This document shows, in pieces, positions 1 through 10,751 of a stretch of 62,524 nucleotides of DNA. How positions within the stretch are numbered: position 1 is the first letter of the stretch; every line of letters starts with the position of its first letter. The stretch is from an uncultured Collinsella sp. (GTDB lineage: Bacteria > Actinomycetota > Coriobacteriia > Coriobacteriales > Coriobacteriaceae): assembly GCA_902479195.1 (NCBI GenBank), contig CABSNT010000001.1, forward strand, positions 1 through 62,524, written 5' to 3'. Below the pieces are notes generated by a model. That model saw only the letters and a program-made list of their open reading frames with translations. It made no database searches and was not told the DNA's origin. Both the position numbers and the translations under genes were made by a program.

Positions 1-88
1 GCGACGGGGGCGAGGCGAATGGCTGAGCGGTATCGATACGCGGGTTCAACGGTATCACATTGGCCACATAGATTTTTAACTTGCATTT

Positions 89-838
89 CTACCCGCCCTT
101 TTCGTAGAGTCGCCGATACGTGCTTAGCGCACCCTCGGCGCGTCCGGCAGGCTTTGCGAAATGGGATCCAGGAGACTTCGGCGCAGCATCATCTTGCGGA
201 ATGCTTCTAATGAGCCTCCCATCCTTCAAAAACAGAATCTCATCGCACAGCCTATCGACCGAATCCAAGATGTGGGATGACATGATGATGCACGTACCAG
301 AATCGGCCAGCTTCCTGAGAATCTCGGAATGCAAGTCCACCCTGCTGGGGTCTAGCGCGTTCATGGGCTCATCTAATAGAAGGTACCGCGCACCCGTCGC
401 ATACGCAATCGCCAGGGTAAGCTGCTGCTTCATGCCCTGGCTCAGAGTGCGGATCCTCATCTTCGCGAACTCGCCTATCTGCGTTTGTTCCACTATCTCT
501 TCGATATCGCGAGCATGCGGCCACATATCGCAAACCATCTTGAGGTGATCTTCCGCACGCAATCCGGGATACAGCAGCGTCCCCTCACCAGGTGCATAGA
601 AGATCATAGAACGGACCTCTCTCGCACCCGTACCCTGCACCTCATCCAGAACGATGCTCCCGTCCACGCGAGGACCCGGCAAACCTGCCATCGCACGCAG
701 CAACGTCGTCTTTCCATGCCCGTTCGGAGCGACGAGACCGTAGACCGTACCCGGGGCAAACTCAGCGTTCACCGAATCTACGAGCACCTTCTTTCCATAA
801 GAGATCGTCAGCGTTTGAAGGTCAATCATCGAGATCAT
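89..838 (-). CDS. ABC transporter ATP-binding protein
   Basis: Walker A APNGHGKTT, signature LSQGMKQ, Walker B LLLDEP, H-loop SSH. Confidence 0.92.
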   Translation of the reverse strand: MISMIDLQTLTISYGKKVLVDSVNAEFAPGTVYGLVAPNGHGKTTLLRAMAGLPGPRVDGSIVLDEVQGTGAREVRSMIFYAPGEGTLLYPGLRAEDHLKMVCDMWPHARDIEEIVEQTQIGEFAKMRIRTLSQGMKQQLTLAIAYATGARYLLLDEPMNALDPSRVDLHSEILRKLADSGTCIIMSSHILDSVDRLCDEILFLKDGRLIRSIPQDDAAPKSPGSHFAKPAGRAEGALSTYRRLYEKGG

Positions 839-3075
839 CCCCTTTCGATCTTTGGAACACTCAGGCGCACCATCAACGGAGATACGGCGCCCAAGACCAC
901 CAGCAGAGCGCCCGATGCGCCGACGACCTCTCCAAAAGGCATCGCGTTCGTCCCTCGCCCAAGGAACCCAATCGTCCCCACCTGGGAAGCGGGATCAAAC
1001 GAGGCGAATGGAGCCAGCAGCGCGACGCCCATGCCCACGCTTTCAACATGAGCGCTCAACGAACCCAACACCAAGAGAACCGCGCAAACCATTCCGGTGA
1101 CAACGGGGTTGCGGCTAATCGCTGCTGTCAACGCAGCGACGACGGAAATCACGCCGTATGCCATGACCAGCAACGGAATACTGCACAACACCGCCTCCCC
1201 CACCATGGACGTTGTCGAAGCTCCCGCCCGAATGAGAGCGACGGGATACTCCGATCCACCCGCACCGTTCTTAATCACGGACACAACGACAGCGGGAACC
1301 ATCGACACCAAAAGCAGCACCAAGCCAAGCAGGAGAGCCAGCGCAACAGCCGTCAGAAAACGCACATGCGCTGTTGCGGGGATCTGGAGAACCAGAAGGG
1401 AACGGCACTGCAGGTGGGTGCACGCGAGCGATGTGACAACCACGGGCAACAGCAAAAATAAGGAGGGAAGCGCTGCCTGGAGATACGAAAGGAGGATTAA
1501 TGGGGGCATCTTCGTACTTAACTCGTAAACCTTGGGGTCCGGCAAGCTCGCGATCGACTCAAGCAGAAGGGCGCGCGCCTCCGCACGAGAAGGAGTCTCC
1601 GGCTCGATTCCGATCGATTGCAGGAGAGTCGCATCTGCCGCGCCCAGCTCACCTCGAGCGCGCTCGTACGTCGCAAGGCTTCGAAACCCCTCCGCAGGCA
1701 TAGGCGCGTACACGAAACCCGAAAGAGCATCCCGCATGTCTTCCAGGGCCGCTTTGCCCTCGACGTCCATATTCGCAGCGTTCTGCTCTAGATACCGATC
1801 TATTGAACGGAGCTCCCCATCCCTAAACCGAACAGCGGAAACGTTATCAGCGTCAGGAAACATCTCGACCAGAGCCGGGGCCAGCATCGTCGTCGACATT
1901 GCAATCGCGCATACGGCGAGGGTAGGAGAACGCAGGAGCAGTTTCCCCATCGTTCTTACGTATGCAACGGCGGAGGCACAAGCGCTCGAACGAGTTGCCG
2001 TTCTCGATGCAGTGAAGGAACCTCTCTCAAGACAAATCGGGGATATCGGGCACGCGCAGCCGCTCTTTCCAGCAACGCAAAGCAGGCTAATTGCCAGCAC
2101 CTCGATCCCGATTGCGCATACGAGGGCAATCGCGCCACGCTCGAAGCAAAGTCCAGGCAGATTCACTATCTGCGTTGTCGGGTACGGGCTATAGGCGCCG
2201 ACGGTCAACTCAGTGTTCGCATACGTAAGGGGATTCAACAGGACGAACTCACGTAAAGCGATGGATCTTCCGTAATACCCGGAAACCATCGTCACCCCCA
2301 TCAGGGCACATACGAACACGATTCCAAGCGTAGGGTTATTGGCAATCTTCACGGCAAGGTGAACGACAAGCGAGATGAACGCTGCCACCAAGAATTGCAA
2401 GATGGCCGTCTGCGCGAACACCAGCCAAGCCGGTTTGATAACCGGAGTCGCATATTGAATGTAGCCTATCGGATAGAACGGCGAGCCCGGGCCATTCTTC
2501 ACAAGCGCGGCGATTATCCCTGGAAGATTGATGGCGAGGACGGCAAGCATTGCAAAAACACTCGCCCATACGCTCGATGCAACAAGTCTACCCAGCTCGC
2601 CCATCGGTGCCTGGATGATGAGCTTTTCACGTTTGTTAAGACGCGCGGCAAGGAACGAGACGGCAACGGCCGTTGCGACCCATAGCAAGTACTCCTTCGA
2701 TCCGTCATAATAGGTGTACTCTCCATCCGATATCTGCAGAAACGGAAGTAGGGGAGAGAGCGGTGCCAAGATAAGACGTCCCGCGGCAAGAGGGTACAGA
2801 AGCGCGGGCATGCTTGATGAAGAGGTATAGACACCGTCCTCCCCCGCATTCACAAGCGCATCCGCATAGGATGCTGACAATTCCTGCTCAACACGGGTTA
2901 TTCCCGACTCGAGGTATTCGACCCGTCCGTCGATGCCAGCCGCGCTCCTGAAGACGGGCAGAGCACAAAGAACCATCAACGCAACAACGACAACACAGAG
3001 CGACCTGGAGGAGAGAAGCGACCTAAAGATCGCCTTCGAGATTTTGAGCATATTCATCGCCAACCTTAACCTCAT
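835..3075 (-). CDS. ABC exporter permease with two tandem membrane modules; start uncertain
   Basis: 746-aa hydrophobic ORF with two similar halves (KNGPGSPFYP / KNGAGGSEYP); overlaps the ATPase start by 4 nt. Confidence 0.7.
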   Translation of the reverse strand: MRLRLAMNMLKISKAIFRSLLSSRSLCVVVVALMVLCALPVFRSAAGIDGRVEYLESGITRVEQELSASYADALVNAGEDGVYTSSSSMPALLYPLAAGRLILAPLSPLLPFLQISDGEYTYYDGSKEYLLWVATAVAVSFLAARLNKREKLIIQAPMGELGRLVASSVWASVFAMLAVLAINLPGIIAALVKNGPGSPFYPIGYIQYATPVIKPAWLVFAQTAILQFLVAAFISLVVHLAVKIANNPTLGIVFVCALMGVTMVSGYYGRSIALREFVLLNPLTYANTELTVGAYSPYPTTQIVNLPGLCFERGAIALVCAIGIEVLAISLLCVAGKSGCACPISPICLERGSFTASRTATRSSACASAVAYVRTMGKLLLRSPTLAVCAIAMSTTMLAPALVEMFPDADNVSAVRFRDGELRSIDRYLEQNAANMDVEGKAALEDMRDALSGFVYAPMPAEGFRSLATYERARGELGAADATLLQSIGIEPETPSRAEARALLLESIASLPDPKVYELSTKMPPLILLSYLQAALPSLFLLLPVVVTSLACTHLQCRSLLVLQIPATAHVRFLTAVALALLLGLVLLLVSMVPAVVVSVIKNGAGGSEYPVALIRAGASTTSMVGEAVLCSIPLLVMAYGVISVVAALTAAISRNPVVTGMVCAVLLVLGSLSAHVESVGMGVALLAPFASFDPASQVGTIGFLGRGTNAMPFGEVVGASGALLVVLGAVSPLMVRLSVPKIERG

Positions 3076-3192
3076 CCAGTCGGAACAGAGGGGCCGAACA
3101 AAATGCTCGGCCCTTATTACTTGCCGGCAAAGTCAATTTAACATAAACTGTTAAAAAGTAACCTGAGTTTTTTAAATTCTTCGGAGGTTATT

Positions 3193-3705
3193 ATGAGTTC
3201 CGACAATCGCACTCCCCGGCTTCATTCCTTCCGCATCGCATGTGCGATAGCCTCTGCGACCCTTTGCGCCACCGCCATCGCACAAGTGGCGTTCTCCTTA
3301 AAGCCAGCAATCGAAGTGCTCGACAACCCTGTAATTGCAGACTCCCCCGCGTATCCAGCCCTTGCGATCTCGACATTGGTCCCTGCCGTCATCGGTATCG
3401 CTACGACCATCCTCAGCGCCGTTCTCGTGTGGACGATCAAGAGCGGAGACCCCTTCAAGAAAGGGTCTGCGACATGCTTGAAGGTGCTCGGCATTCTCTT
3501 CGTTGTTCAAGCTGCCACCAGCCTCTACGCCGGCTCACTCAAAACCTCCGTTTCGATGTTTGGCGGCGAGGGGGCCGTCGGCGCCCAAGAGATCGCTTCA
3601 TCATTCGATTGGACCTCTCTGGTTCTCGGCATCGTCCTGTTCATGCTTTCCCAGCTCTTCTTGTACGCCCGAGAGCTGTACCTCGACTCCGACGAGATTG
3701 CGTAA
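3193..3705 (+). CDS. DUF2975-like membrane protein
   Basis: GGAGG RBS; 4 TM segments; 'GDPF' motif and an 'ARELYLDSDEIA' ending typical of DUF2975; followed by an XRE gene. Confidence 0.75.
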   Translation: MSSDNRTPRLHSFRIACAIASATLCATAIAQVAFSLKPAIEVLDNPVIADSPAYPALAISTLVPAVIGIATTILSAVLVWTIKSGDPFKKGSATCLKVLGILFVVQAATSLYAGSLKTSVSMFGGEGAVGAQEIASSFDWTSLVLGIVLFMLSQLFLYARELYLDSDEIA

Positions 3706-3714
3706 GGAAACGCC

Positions 3715-3966
3715 ATGCCCGTAATTGTTCGCCTCGACAAGATCATGGCCGAGCGAAAGATTTCCTCGAACGAACTTGCCGAAAGGATTGGAACCACGCC
3801 CGTGAACCTGTCCCGTATTAAAAAAGGGCATATTCGCGGCATTCGCTTCAACACACTCGAGCAGCTATGCCTCGCCCTTCGTTGCCAACCCGGAGACCTT
3901 CTCGAAGTCATGAGCGAAGAGGATGCCCGAAAGGAGTTCGGACTCGATTGGTCCGCCGAGGATTAG
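3715..3966 (+). CDS. XRE/YozG-family HTH regulator
   Basis: IVRLDKIMAERK...NLSRIKKG...IRFNTLEQLC..L.CQPGDLL. Confidence 0.9.
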   Translation: MPVIVRLDKIMAERKISSNELAERIGTTPVNLSRIKKGHIRGIRFNTLEQLCLALRCQPGDLLEVMSEEDARKEFGLDWSAED

Positions 3967-4692
3967 AGGGCGGTCGTACTCGCCCTGCACACGGGGATGC
4001 GAATCGGCGAGGTCTGCGGCCTTCGGTGGTGCGATGTGGATTTCGAGACGGGCCTGATCTCGATCAGACACTCGGTGGTGTACGCGAAGGGAATGGGTTC
4101 GTTCATCAAGGACACCAAGACCCATGACGCCAGGGGTATCCCCATCGACCCGGTCGGCCTACTCCCCTTCCTGAAGGAGACCCACGAGATCGACTGCGGA
4201 AAGCTGCGCTTGCGCGGCCTTACCGGGGCGGTCGAGATCGGGGACTGCTACATCCTGTCGGAGCCGGGCGCGACCTTCGCGACGACAAGCTATATCCGCA
4301 GGGCGTTCAAGACGTTCTCGGAGACCAACGGCCTCATGGGCACCAACGACGAGCTGATCACGTTCCACGGCCTTCGCCACACGTTCGCAACGCAGTGGAT
4401 CCGCCAAGGCGGCGATATCAAGGCGTTCCAATCGATCCTCGGCCACAAGGACGCCATGGCGACGCTCAACGTCTACGCCGACATCGAGCCCATCTCCAAA
4501 ATCCATAACATGCTGCGCGCCACGCCGTGCCTTTGGCGCGGGCACCTCGGGCCGAGGGTCGATCCGGGTCCCATGTTCCAACAGAGGATCTAGGAGTCCA
4601 TCGAGACGCTCCAGGCGTTCGGCTACGGCATCACCGAGCCGGACGACCGAAATATCGCCATACGCGACGTGAAGATGAACAGTTGGCTCTAG
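3967..4692 (+). pseudogene. Truncated tyrosine recombinase/integrase (catalytic domain only, internal stop)
   Basis: LALHTGMRIGE, FHGLRHTFAT, LGH and VYA motifs; no N-terminal domain; TAG at 4591-4593 followed by 32 further open codons to TAG at 4690-4692. Confidence 0.8.
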
Positions 4693-5088
4693 CTCACCGA
4701 GTACGCGGCAGTGCTGGGCCCATCCCAACTGAGGTCACGGTGGTCCGATAGGGGCGCCGCCCGCGGCATGCGCCGCGGAGCGGTATCCCCTACCGAAGGG
4801 CGGGGATGCCCTCCGCTTCCAGTTCGGAATCAGCCGTCGGAGGCGTTCGGCTGACTGCGGGAACGGCCTGTCCGCTCAATGTGTTCGGCTGAGATCGGAA
4901 ATCAACCCAACACGAGCCGGACACGCGCCAGACGGCTCTTCCCCGTACGGCCTTCCCCCTTACGCTCATGTTGCAGGCATGTAACGCCGCAGCGAGCGCG
5001 CCTTTTTTGCGCCAGACAGGTACAATGATGAACACTGTACCGTAGCGGAGCGCCCCGCGCGCGCCGCAATCACGCGAAAGGGTTTCCC

Positions 5089-5376
5089 ATGGCCGAGATC
5101 TCGTCCTCCCGTATCGTCATCACCGTCCTTGGCAAGAACCGCCCCGGCATCGTCGCCGGCGTCACCCGTGTCCTAGGCGAGGCCAACGTCGACATCCGCG
5201 ACATCACGCAGTCCATTATCGAGGACATCTTCACCATGACCATGCTGGCCGATACCGCCGAGTCCAAGCTCGACTTCGCCGAGCTGCAGAAGGCGCTGGC
5301 CGAGGCCGGCGAGCTTTCGGGCGTCAACGTGTCCATCCAGCGCGAGGACGTCTTCAACTTTATGTACCGCCTGTAG
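5089..5376 (+). CDS. ACT domain protein (UPF0237-like)
   Basis: ITVLGKNRPGIVAGV...DITQS...QREDVFNFMYRL. Confidence 0.88.
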   Translation: MAEISSSRIVITVLGKNRPGIVAGVTRVLGEANVDIRDITQSIIEDIFTMTMLADTAESKLDFAELQKALAEAGELSGVNVSIQREDVFNFMYRL

Positions 5377-5453
5377 CGAGCAAGCCGCTGGGGATAGCCT
5401 GACGCGCGCATGCCCATGCAAGTCACCCCGATGCGGCCCGGAGAGGAGCGCGC

Positions 5454-6872
5454 ATGGCCTACGACGCCAAGAAAATCTATTACCGCTTCGACGACCACCT
5501 GAGCCGCCTGGTCTTGGATTACGAAGCGAGCCGCCAGATTTCGCCCGAAAGCGAAAATCTCTACTATGGCCTGCCGACTGACCCTTATGACGAGGGCCTA
5601 TTTGTTGAGCACAATGTCAAGCGCGGCCTGCGCAATGCCGACGGCTCGGGCGTGGTCGCGGGCCTCACTCGCATCTCGGATGTGCACGGCTACAACAAGG
5701 TCGACGGCAAAGTTGTGCCCGATCAGGGCAAACTCACGCTTCGTGGCTACAGCATCGAGGACCTGGTCAACAATGCCCAGGCCGAAAATCGCTACGGCTA
5801 CGAAGAAGTCGCCTATCTGCTTATCACGGGTTCGCTACCCAACAAGGAAGAGCTCGGCGGCTTCTGCGAGCGCCTAGGTGCCTTTAGACATCTGAGCGAC
5901 GAGTACGTTAAAGAGTTCCCTATGACCACGGTGTCGTCGAGCATCATGAACGTGCTCCAGCGCGCCGTGCTGCTGCTCTACGCCTTCGATGCCGAACCAG
6001 ACGTGATCACGCCCGAGCACGAAATCGACGTCGCCATTTCCATGCTCGCACGTCTCCCGCGCATCGCCGCCTTCGCACACATGGCCTCGATCGCCAAGCT
6101 TCGCGGCTCCGAGGTTCACGTGCCGCACCCCACGCCCGGTCTCTCCACCGCCGAGACCATCCTACAGGTCCTGCGCGGCGGCATGGCGTTCACCCGCGAT
6201 GAGGCGATGCTGCTCGACGTTATGCTCATGCTGCATGCCGAGCACGGCGGCGGCAACAACTCCACCTTCGCTTGCCGCGTGCTGTCCTCTTCGGCCACCG
6301 ACCCGTATTCCGCCTACGCCGCGGCTATCGGCTCGCTCAAAGGCCCGCGCCACGGCGGCGCCAACGCCAAGGTCGTGTCCATGCACGAGGATATCCGTGC
6401 GCATGTCTCCAATTGGGAGGACGAGGACGAGGTCGCAGCCTACCTGGGCAAGATTCTCGACAAGCAGGCCTTCGACGGCACGGGCCTCATCTACGGTATG
6501 GGCCACGCCGTCTACACCCTGAGCGACCCGCGCGCCGAGGTCTGCCGCCACTACGCACGTTCGCTCGCTGCCAAGAAAGATCTGGGCGAGGAGTTCGCGC
6601 TCATCGAGCGCATCGAGCGCCTGGCCCCGCAGGTGATGCGCGATCACGGCATGACCAAGCCCATCTGCGCCAACATCGACCTGTACACGGGCTTTATCTA
6701 CAAGATGCTCGGCGTGCCCGAGACGCTCTTTACGCCGCTGTTCGCCGTCGCCCGCATGGCCGGCTGGTCGGCGCACCGCATGGAAGAGCTCTTCTGCGCG
6801 CATCGCATCATCCGTCCCGCGTATCGCCCGGTTATCGATCCGCTGGAGTACAAGCCGCTCGCCGATCGCTAA
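5454..6872 (+). CDS. gltA: Citrate synthase
   Basis: HAEHGGGNNSTF, GPRHGGAN, YGMGHAVYTLSDPR and NIDLYTG motifs. Confidence 0.9.
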   Translation: MAYDAKKIYYRFDDHLSRLVLDYEASRQISPESENLYYGLPTDPYDEGLFVEHNVKRGLRNADGSGVVAGLTRISDVHGYNKVDGKVVPDQGKLTLRGYSIEDLVNNAQAENRYGYEEVAYLLITGSLPNKEELGGFCERLGAFRHLSDEYVKEFPMTTVSSSIMNVLQRAVLLLYAFDAEPDVITPEHEIDVAISMLARLPRIAAFAHMASIAKLRGSEVHVPHPTPGLSTAETILQVLRGGMAFTRDEAMLLDVMLMLHAEHGGGNNSTFACRVLSSSATDPYSAYAAAIGSLKGPRHGGANAKVVSMHEDIRAHVSNWEDEDEVAAYLGKILDKQAFDGTGLIYGMGHAVYTLSDPRAEVCRHYARSLAAKKDLGEEFALIERIERLAPQVMRDHGMTKPICANIDLYTGFIYKMLGVPETLFTPLFAVARMAGWSAHRMEELFCAHRIIRPAYRPVIDPLEYKPLADR

Positions 6873-6897
6873 GACGCGGACCGTTATAGAACCCGAA

Positions 6898-6934
6898 CGT
6901 GGCCAGGGCATCACCGCCCTCGGCCACGCTTTTT
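6898..6934 (+). terminator. Intrinsic terminator after citrate synthase
   Basis: CGTGGCCAGGGC...GCCCTCGGCCACG stem followed by a T run. Confidence 0.6.
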
Positions 6935-6959
6935 ATGCCAGTAGAAAGGGCTGCATCAA

Positions 6960-7802
6960 ATGATTGTGTTTTCCGATATGGATGGAACACTGCTGACGAG
7001 TGATAAGCAGATGAGCGATGCCACCTGGGCGATGCTCGACGAGCTTGCGCGCCGCGGTGTTGAGTTTGTGCCCTGCACGGGGCGCCCGCTGTCGGGTATC
7101 TTTGAGCCCATCCTCGCCCACCCCGCCGTACACTACGCGGTCTGCGCCAACGGTGCCAGCGTCTGGCAGCTCGACGACGGTACGCCCACCGATACTTCAC
7201 GCGCTACGCGCATTTTGAGCCGACCGCTCGACCGCGCCATCGCCCACCGCATCCATAGCATCGCCGCCGGCCACGATGTGACCTTCGATATCTTCGCGGA
7301 CGGGCAGTGCTTCCTCCCCCGCTCGCTCTACACGCGCCTGGACGAATTCTGCGGCGGCGATCCCCACATCGCGGCTTCGCTCAAGCGCACACGAACGCCG
7401 ATCGACATGGATATCGACAGCAAGATCGACGAGGTCGAGACGCTCGAACGCATCGCCATGTACTGGCACGACCCGGTCGATCGCGACGCCATCGCAGCGG
7501 AGCTCGACACGCTCGGGGGCATTGAGGTCACGCGTTCGTACGCCATGAATATCGAGGTCATGGGCGAGGGCGCTACCAAGGGGACGGCCCTCACGTGGCT
7601 GTGCGAGCACCTGGGCGAGCGTCTCGCCGACGCCTGGGCGTTCGGCGACAACATCAACGACATCCCCATGCTGCAGGCAGCGGGACACGGCATGGCCATG
7701 ATCAACGCCGAGCCCGAGGACCGCGACGCCGCCGACGCCATCACCGAGTTCGACAACGACCACGACGGCGTCGCCCGCACCATCATGGCCGCCCTCGCCT
7801 AG
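6960..7802 (+). CDS. Cof-type HAD hydrolase
   Basis: DMDGTLL, CTGR, TKG and FGDNINDIPM motifs. Confidence 0.92.
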   Translation: MIVFSDMDGTLLTSDKQMSDATWAMLDELARRGVEFVPCTGRPLSGIFEPILAHPAVHYAVCANGASVWQLDDGTPTDTSRATRILSRPLDRAIAHRIHSIAAGHDVTFDIFADGQCFLPRSLYTRLDEFCGGDPHIAASLKRTRTPIDMDIDSKIDEVETLERIAMYWHDPVDRDAIAAELDTLGGIEVTRSYAMNIEVMGEGATKGTALTWLCEHLGERLADAWAFGDNINDIPMLQAAGHGMAMINAEPEDRDAADAITEFDNDHDGVARTIMAALA

Positions 7803-7894
7803 TCATTGGGGACGTTCTTAAACGACTAGTCATTGGGGACGTTCTTAAACGACTAGTCACTGGGGACGTTCTTAAATGACTAGTCGTTGGGGAC
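7800..7894. repeat. 27-bp tandem repeat (TAGTCATTGGGGACGTTCTTAAACGAC), about 3.5 copies
   Basis: Copies start at 7800, 7827, 7854, with a partial copy at 7881; lies between convergent genes. Confidence 0.9.
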
Positions 7895-7964
7895 ACTCTT
7901 CGCGAAAAAGCTGCAAGGACTGTCCCCGGTTGCCGGCAGAAAAGGAACGTCCCTAACTGCCGGA

Positions 7965-8759
7965 TTAGGCGAGGCTCTCCAGAACACGGCGGAGCTCCTG
8001 CTGGACAGCGTGGTCGCGGTTACGACCCACCACGCTATCGGCCACCGCCTTGAGCGCGGGGCGCGCGTTTTCCATCGCGCAGCCCGTGCCGACAAAGCGA
8101 ATAATCTCATAGTCGTTCATCGAGTCGCCAAACGCCATGACCTCGTCGCGCCCAATGTCGTAATGCTCCGCGAGCTGCGCGATACCCGAGGCCTTCGACA
8201 CACCAGGCTGCATGGCATCAATCCACGCGTTGCCCGAAGGCGCAAAGGTAAAGAGCTGACCAAGTTCGCGCTGCAGTACGTAGGCGCTGTCCATAACGGC
8301 ACCGTCATCGCAAAAGATACTCGCCTTGATGATATTTACGCTGGGATCGGGCAGCTCCCAAATGCGCTCGGCATTGGGAAGGTCCTTATCGACCTCGCGC
8401 ACGAACTTGCACTCGTCATCGAGCAGGAAGGACTTGGTTCGGTCAAAAAGCGCAAGATGCAGATTGGGAAACGTCGCGACGGCCTGGGCGAGCCTTCGAA
8501 TCGCCAGGTGCGAATACACCTCGCGGTCTACCATTTTGCCGTCGGCGTAGACCTGGGCACCGTTAGCTGCGACAAAGTCCATCTTGTCGCGAACGGGCGC
8601 AAAGAACTCGCACAGGCGATCGTAGCGGCGGCCTGACGATGCGGCAAAATGCACGCCATGCTCGCGTAGCGCCAAAATCAGTTCGTAGGTCTCGGGAGGC
8701 ACCTGGCCGTTTTCGTCAAGCAGCGTGCCGTCCATATCGGATGCAATCAGTTTAAACAT
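7965..8759 (-). CDS. Cof-type HAD hydrolase
   Basis: DMDGTLL, SSGR, SKASG and FGDSMND motifs. Confidence 0.92.
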   Translation of the reverse strand: MFKLIASDMDGTLLDENGQVPPETYELILALREHGVHFAASSGRRYDRLCEFFAPVRDKMDFVAANGAQVYADGKMVDREVYSHLAIRRLAQAVATFPNLHLALFDRTKSFLLDDECKFVREVDKDLPNAERIWELPDPSVNIIKASIFCDDGAVMDSAYVLQRELGQLFTFAPSGNAWIDAMQPGVSKASGIAQLAEHYDIGRDEVMAFGDSMNDYEIIRFVGTGCAMENARPALKAVADSVVGRNRDHAVQQELRRVLESLA

Positions 8760-8930
8760 AGAAAAGCTCCCTTCGGGCTTGTTGGAATCGAACGCGTATC
8801 CGATTCCAACGTACCCAAAGGGAGCTCAAATAAGACTCCGCGGGCGTAAACGTTACAAGGACCTGGCAAATAGCTCACACATGCCAGAGGCCCTACGGTC
8901 GCGGCGTCAGGTGACACGCCACCCCGATGG

Positions 8931-10751
8931 CTAGTCGGCGTAGGTGAAGGTTGTGACGTCGAACATGCCCTCGGGGCGGATGCGGAGCGTCGGGATGACC
9001 GGCAGGGGCAGGAAGATGATGCCCATGATGGGGTCGAGCGGCGGCTCAATACCCATAGCGCGCGCCTTGACCATAAAGTCGTCGTGCTGCGCTGCGACAT
9101 CCTCGGCCGTGCCCTCGCTCATCAGGCCACCAAGCGCTAGCGGAATGCGCGCCACGACCTCGCCGTTGCGCACCAGCACGTGGCCGCCCTGTCCCACGGC
9201 CTCAACAGCAGTCATCATATCGGCAGCGTTGTCGCCCACCACGCACACGTTGTGCGAGTCGTGGCCGATCGTGGAGGCAATGGCACCACCGGTGATGGTA
9301 AAGCCACGCACCCAGCCGCGACCGATATGCTTGCCAACCAGGCCCAGGCCAGCGGGGCCGTCGCCGTCGACGCCCTCGGCCTGCAGCGACACGCCGCGGC
9401 CATGGCGCTCGATAAGCATAATGCGACGCAAGTCCTCGTCAGTCTCGGGACGAACCATGCCCGTGATAGCCATGCCCGGGATCACATCGATCACGGCCTC
9501 GCCCGGCTTAAAGGCATAGTCGAACACGTCGAGCGATAGCTTCGGCAGCTTAACGGAAGCACGCAGCTCATCGGCAAGGGCCGCAACCTCGGCCATCTCG
9601 GGTGCGATCTCGCCCACAAAGGTGCCGTCCTGCGCCACCAGAGCACCGGCGGCATACACGCAATGCGGAGCCGTGGCAAACGTCAGGTCGTTGAGTACCA
9701 GCAGGTCGGCACGCTTGCCCGGGGCGATGGCGCCACGCAGCTCGTGCGGGTCGCGGCAACCGTGGTCCAGGCCAAACGCCTCGGCCGTGGACAGGGACGC
9801 CATAGAGATGGCGACCACGGGGTCAATACCGGCCTCAATAGCTACGCGGCAGGCATTGTCGATCATGCCGGTCGAAAGAGCATCGGAGGGAGCGCGATCG
9901 TCGGTCGCAAAGCAGCAGCGGCGGGCGCGGGCAGGATTCTCCAGCAGCATCGGGGACAAATTGGCCAGGTCGTGGCTGCACGTGCCCTCACGCAGCATCA
10001 CATACATGCCGCGAGACAGCTTGTCGAGCGCCTCCTCGGGAATCGTCGACTCGTGGTCGGCGATAATACCTGCTGCGGCATAGGCGTTGAGGTCCTTGCC
10101 GGCAACGAGCGGCGCGTGGCCGTCGACCTGTTTGGACGGCGTCTGATTGGCAGCGTCAATGCGAGCGCAGGTCTCGGGATCGGCCATAAAGACGCCCGGC
10201 AGGTTCATCATCTCGCCCAGACCAAAGACATCGCCCGGATGCTCGGCAAAAAACGCCTGCATATCGGCAGCGGTGATGACGGCACCGGCCTGCTCGTCTG
10301 GCAGGGCTGGCACGCACGAGGGCATCATGTACTTGATGGAGATGGGTGCGCGGCGACCGTCCTCGATCATAAAGCGTAGGCCGTCGAGACCGGCAACATT
10401 GGCAATCTCGTGGCTGTCGGCAATGGCGGTGGTGGTACCGCGCGTCGCCGCCATGCGAGCATACTCGGCGGGGCGGATGTTCGAAGACTCAATATGCAAG
10501 TGTCCGTCAATAAAACCGGGGGCAAGATAGCGACCCTGGCAGTCAATGACCTCGGTCGCCTCGTAGGTGCCGGCGGCATCGTCGCGACCGTCGTAGAGCA
10601 CGCCGACGATTACACCGTCCTTGACGGCAACGCTACCGGGCGCCACACGCTGGCCATACACGTCGACAATCTGCGCATTGGTAAACAGCGTGTCGACGGG
10701 CACGCGCCCCCCGGCAGCATCGATCACAGACCTCATGACCTCAACGGACAT
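8931..10751 (-). CDS. ade: Adenine deaminase
   Basis: HLHIESS, EMMN, DGHAP, DHE and GHDSHN motifs; AAGGAG RBS before the ATG at 10751. Confidence 0.93.
   Translation of the reverse strand: MSVEVMRSVIDAAGGRVPVDTLFTNAQIVDVYGQRVAPGSVAVKDGVIVGVLYDGRDDAAGTYEATEVIDCQGRYLAPGFIDGHLHIESSNIRPAEYARMAATRGTTTAIADSHEIANVAGLDGLRFMIEDGRRAPISIKYMMPSCVPALPDEQAGAVITAADMQAFFAEHPGDVFGLGEMMNLPGVFMADPETCARIDAANQTPSKQVDGHAPLVAGKDLNAYAAAGIIADHESTIPEEALDKLSRGMYVMLREGTCSHDLANLSPMLLENPARARRCCFATDDRAPSDALSTGMIDNACRVAIEAGIDPVVAISMASLSTAEAFGLDHGCRDPHELRGAIAPGKRADLLVLNDLTFATAPHCVYAAGALVAQDGTFVGEIAPEMAEVAALADELRASVKLPKLSLDVFDYAFKPGEAVIDVIPGMAITGMVRPETDEDLRRIMLIERHGRGVSLQAEGVDGDGPAGLGLVGKHIGRGWVRGFTITGGAIASTIGHDSHNVCVVGDNAADMMTAVEAVGQGGHVLVRNGEVVARIPLALGGLMSEGTAEDVAAQHDDFMVKARAMGIEPPLDPIMGIIFLPLPVIPTLRIRPEGMFDVTTFTYAD

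Noticed and set aside
4700..5080. tRNA or att site next to the integrase remnant
   Set aside because: No cloverleaf or TTC-loop/CCA pattern was recognised, and the partner att site would lie outside the window.
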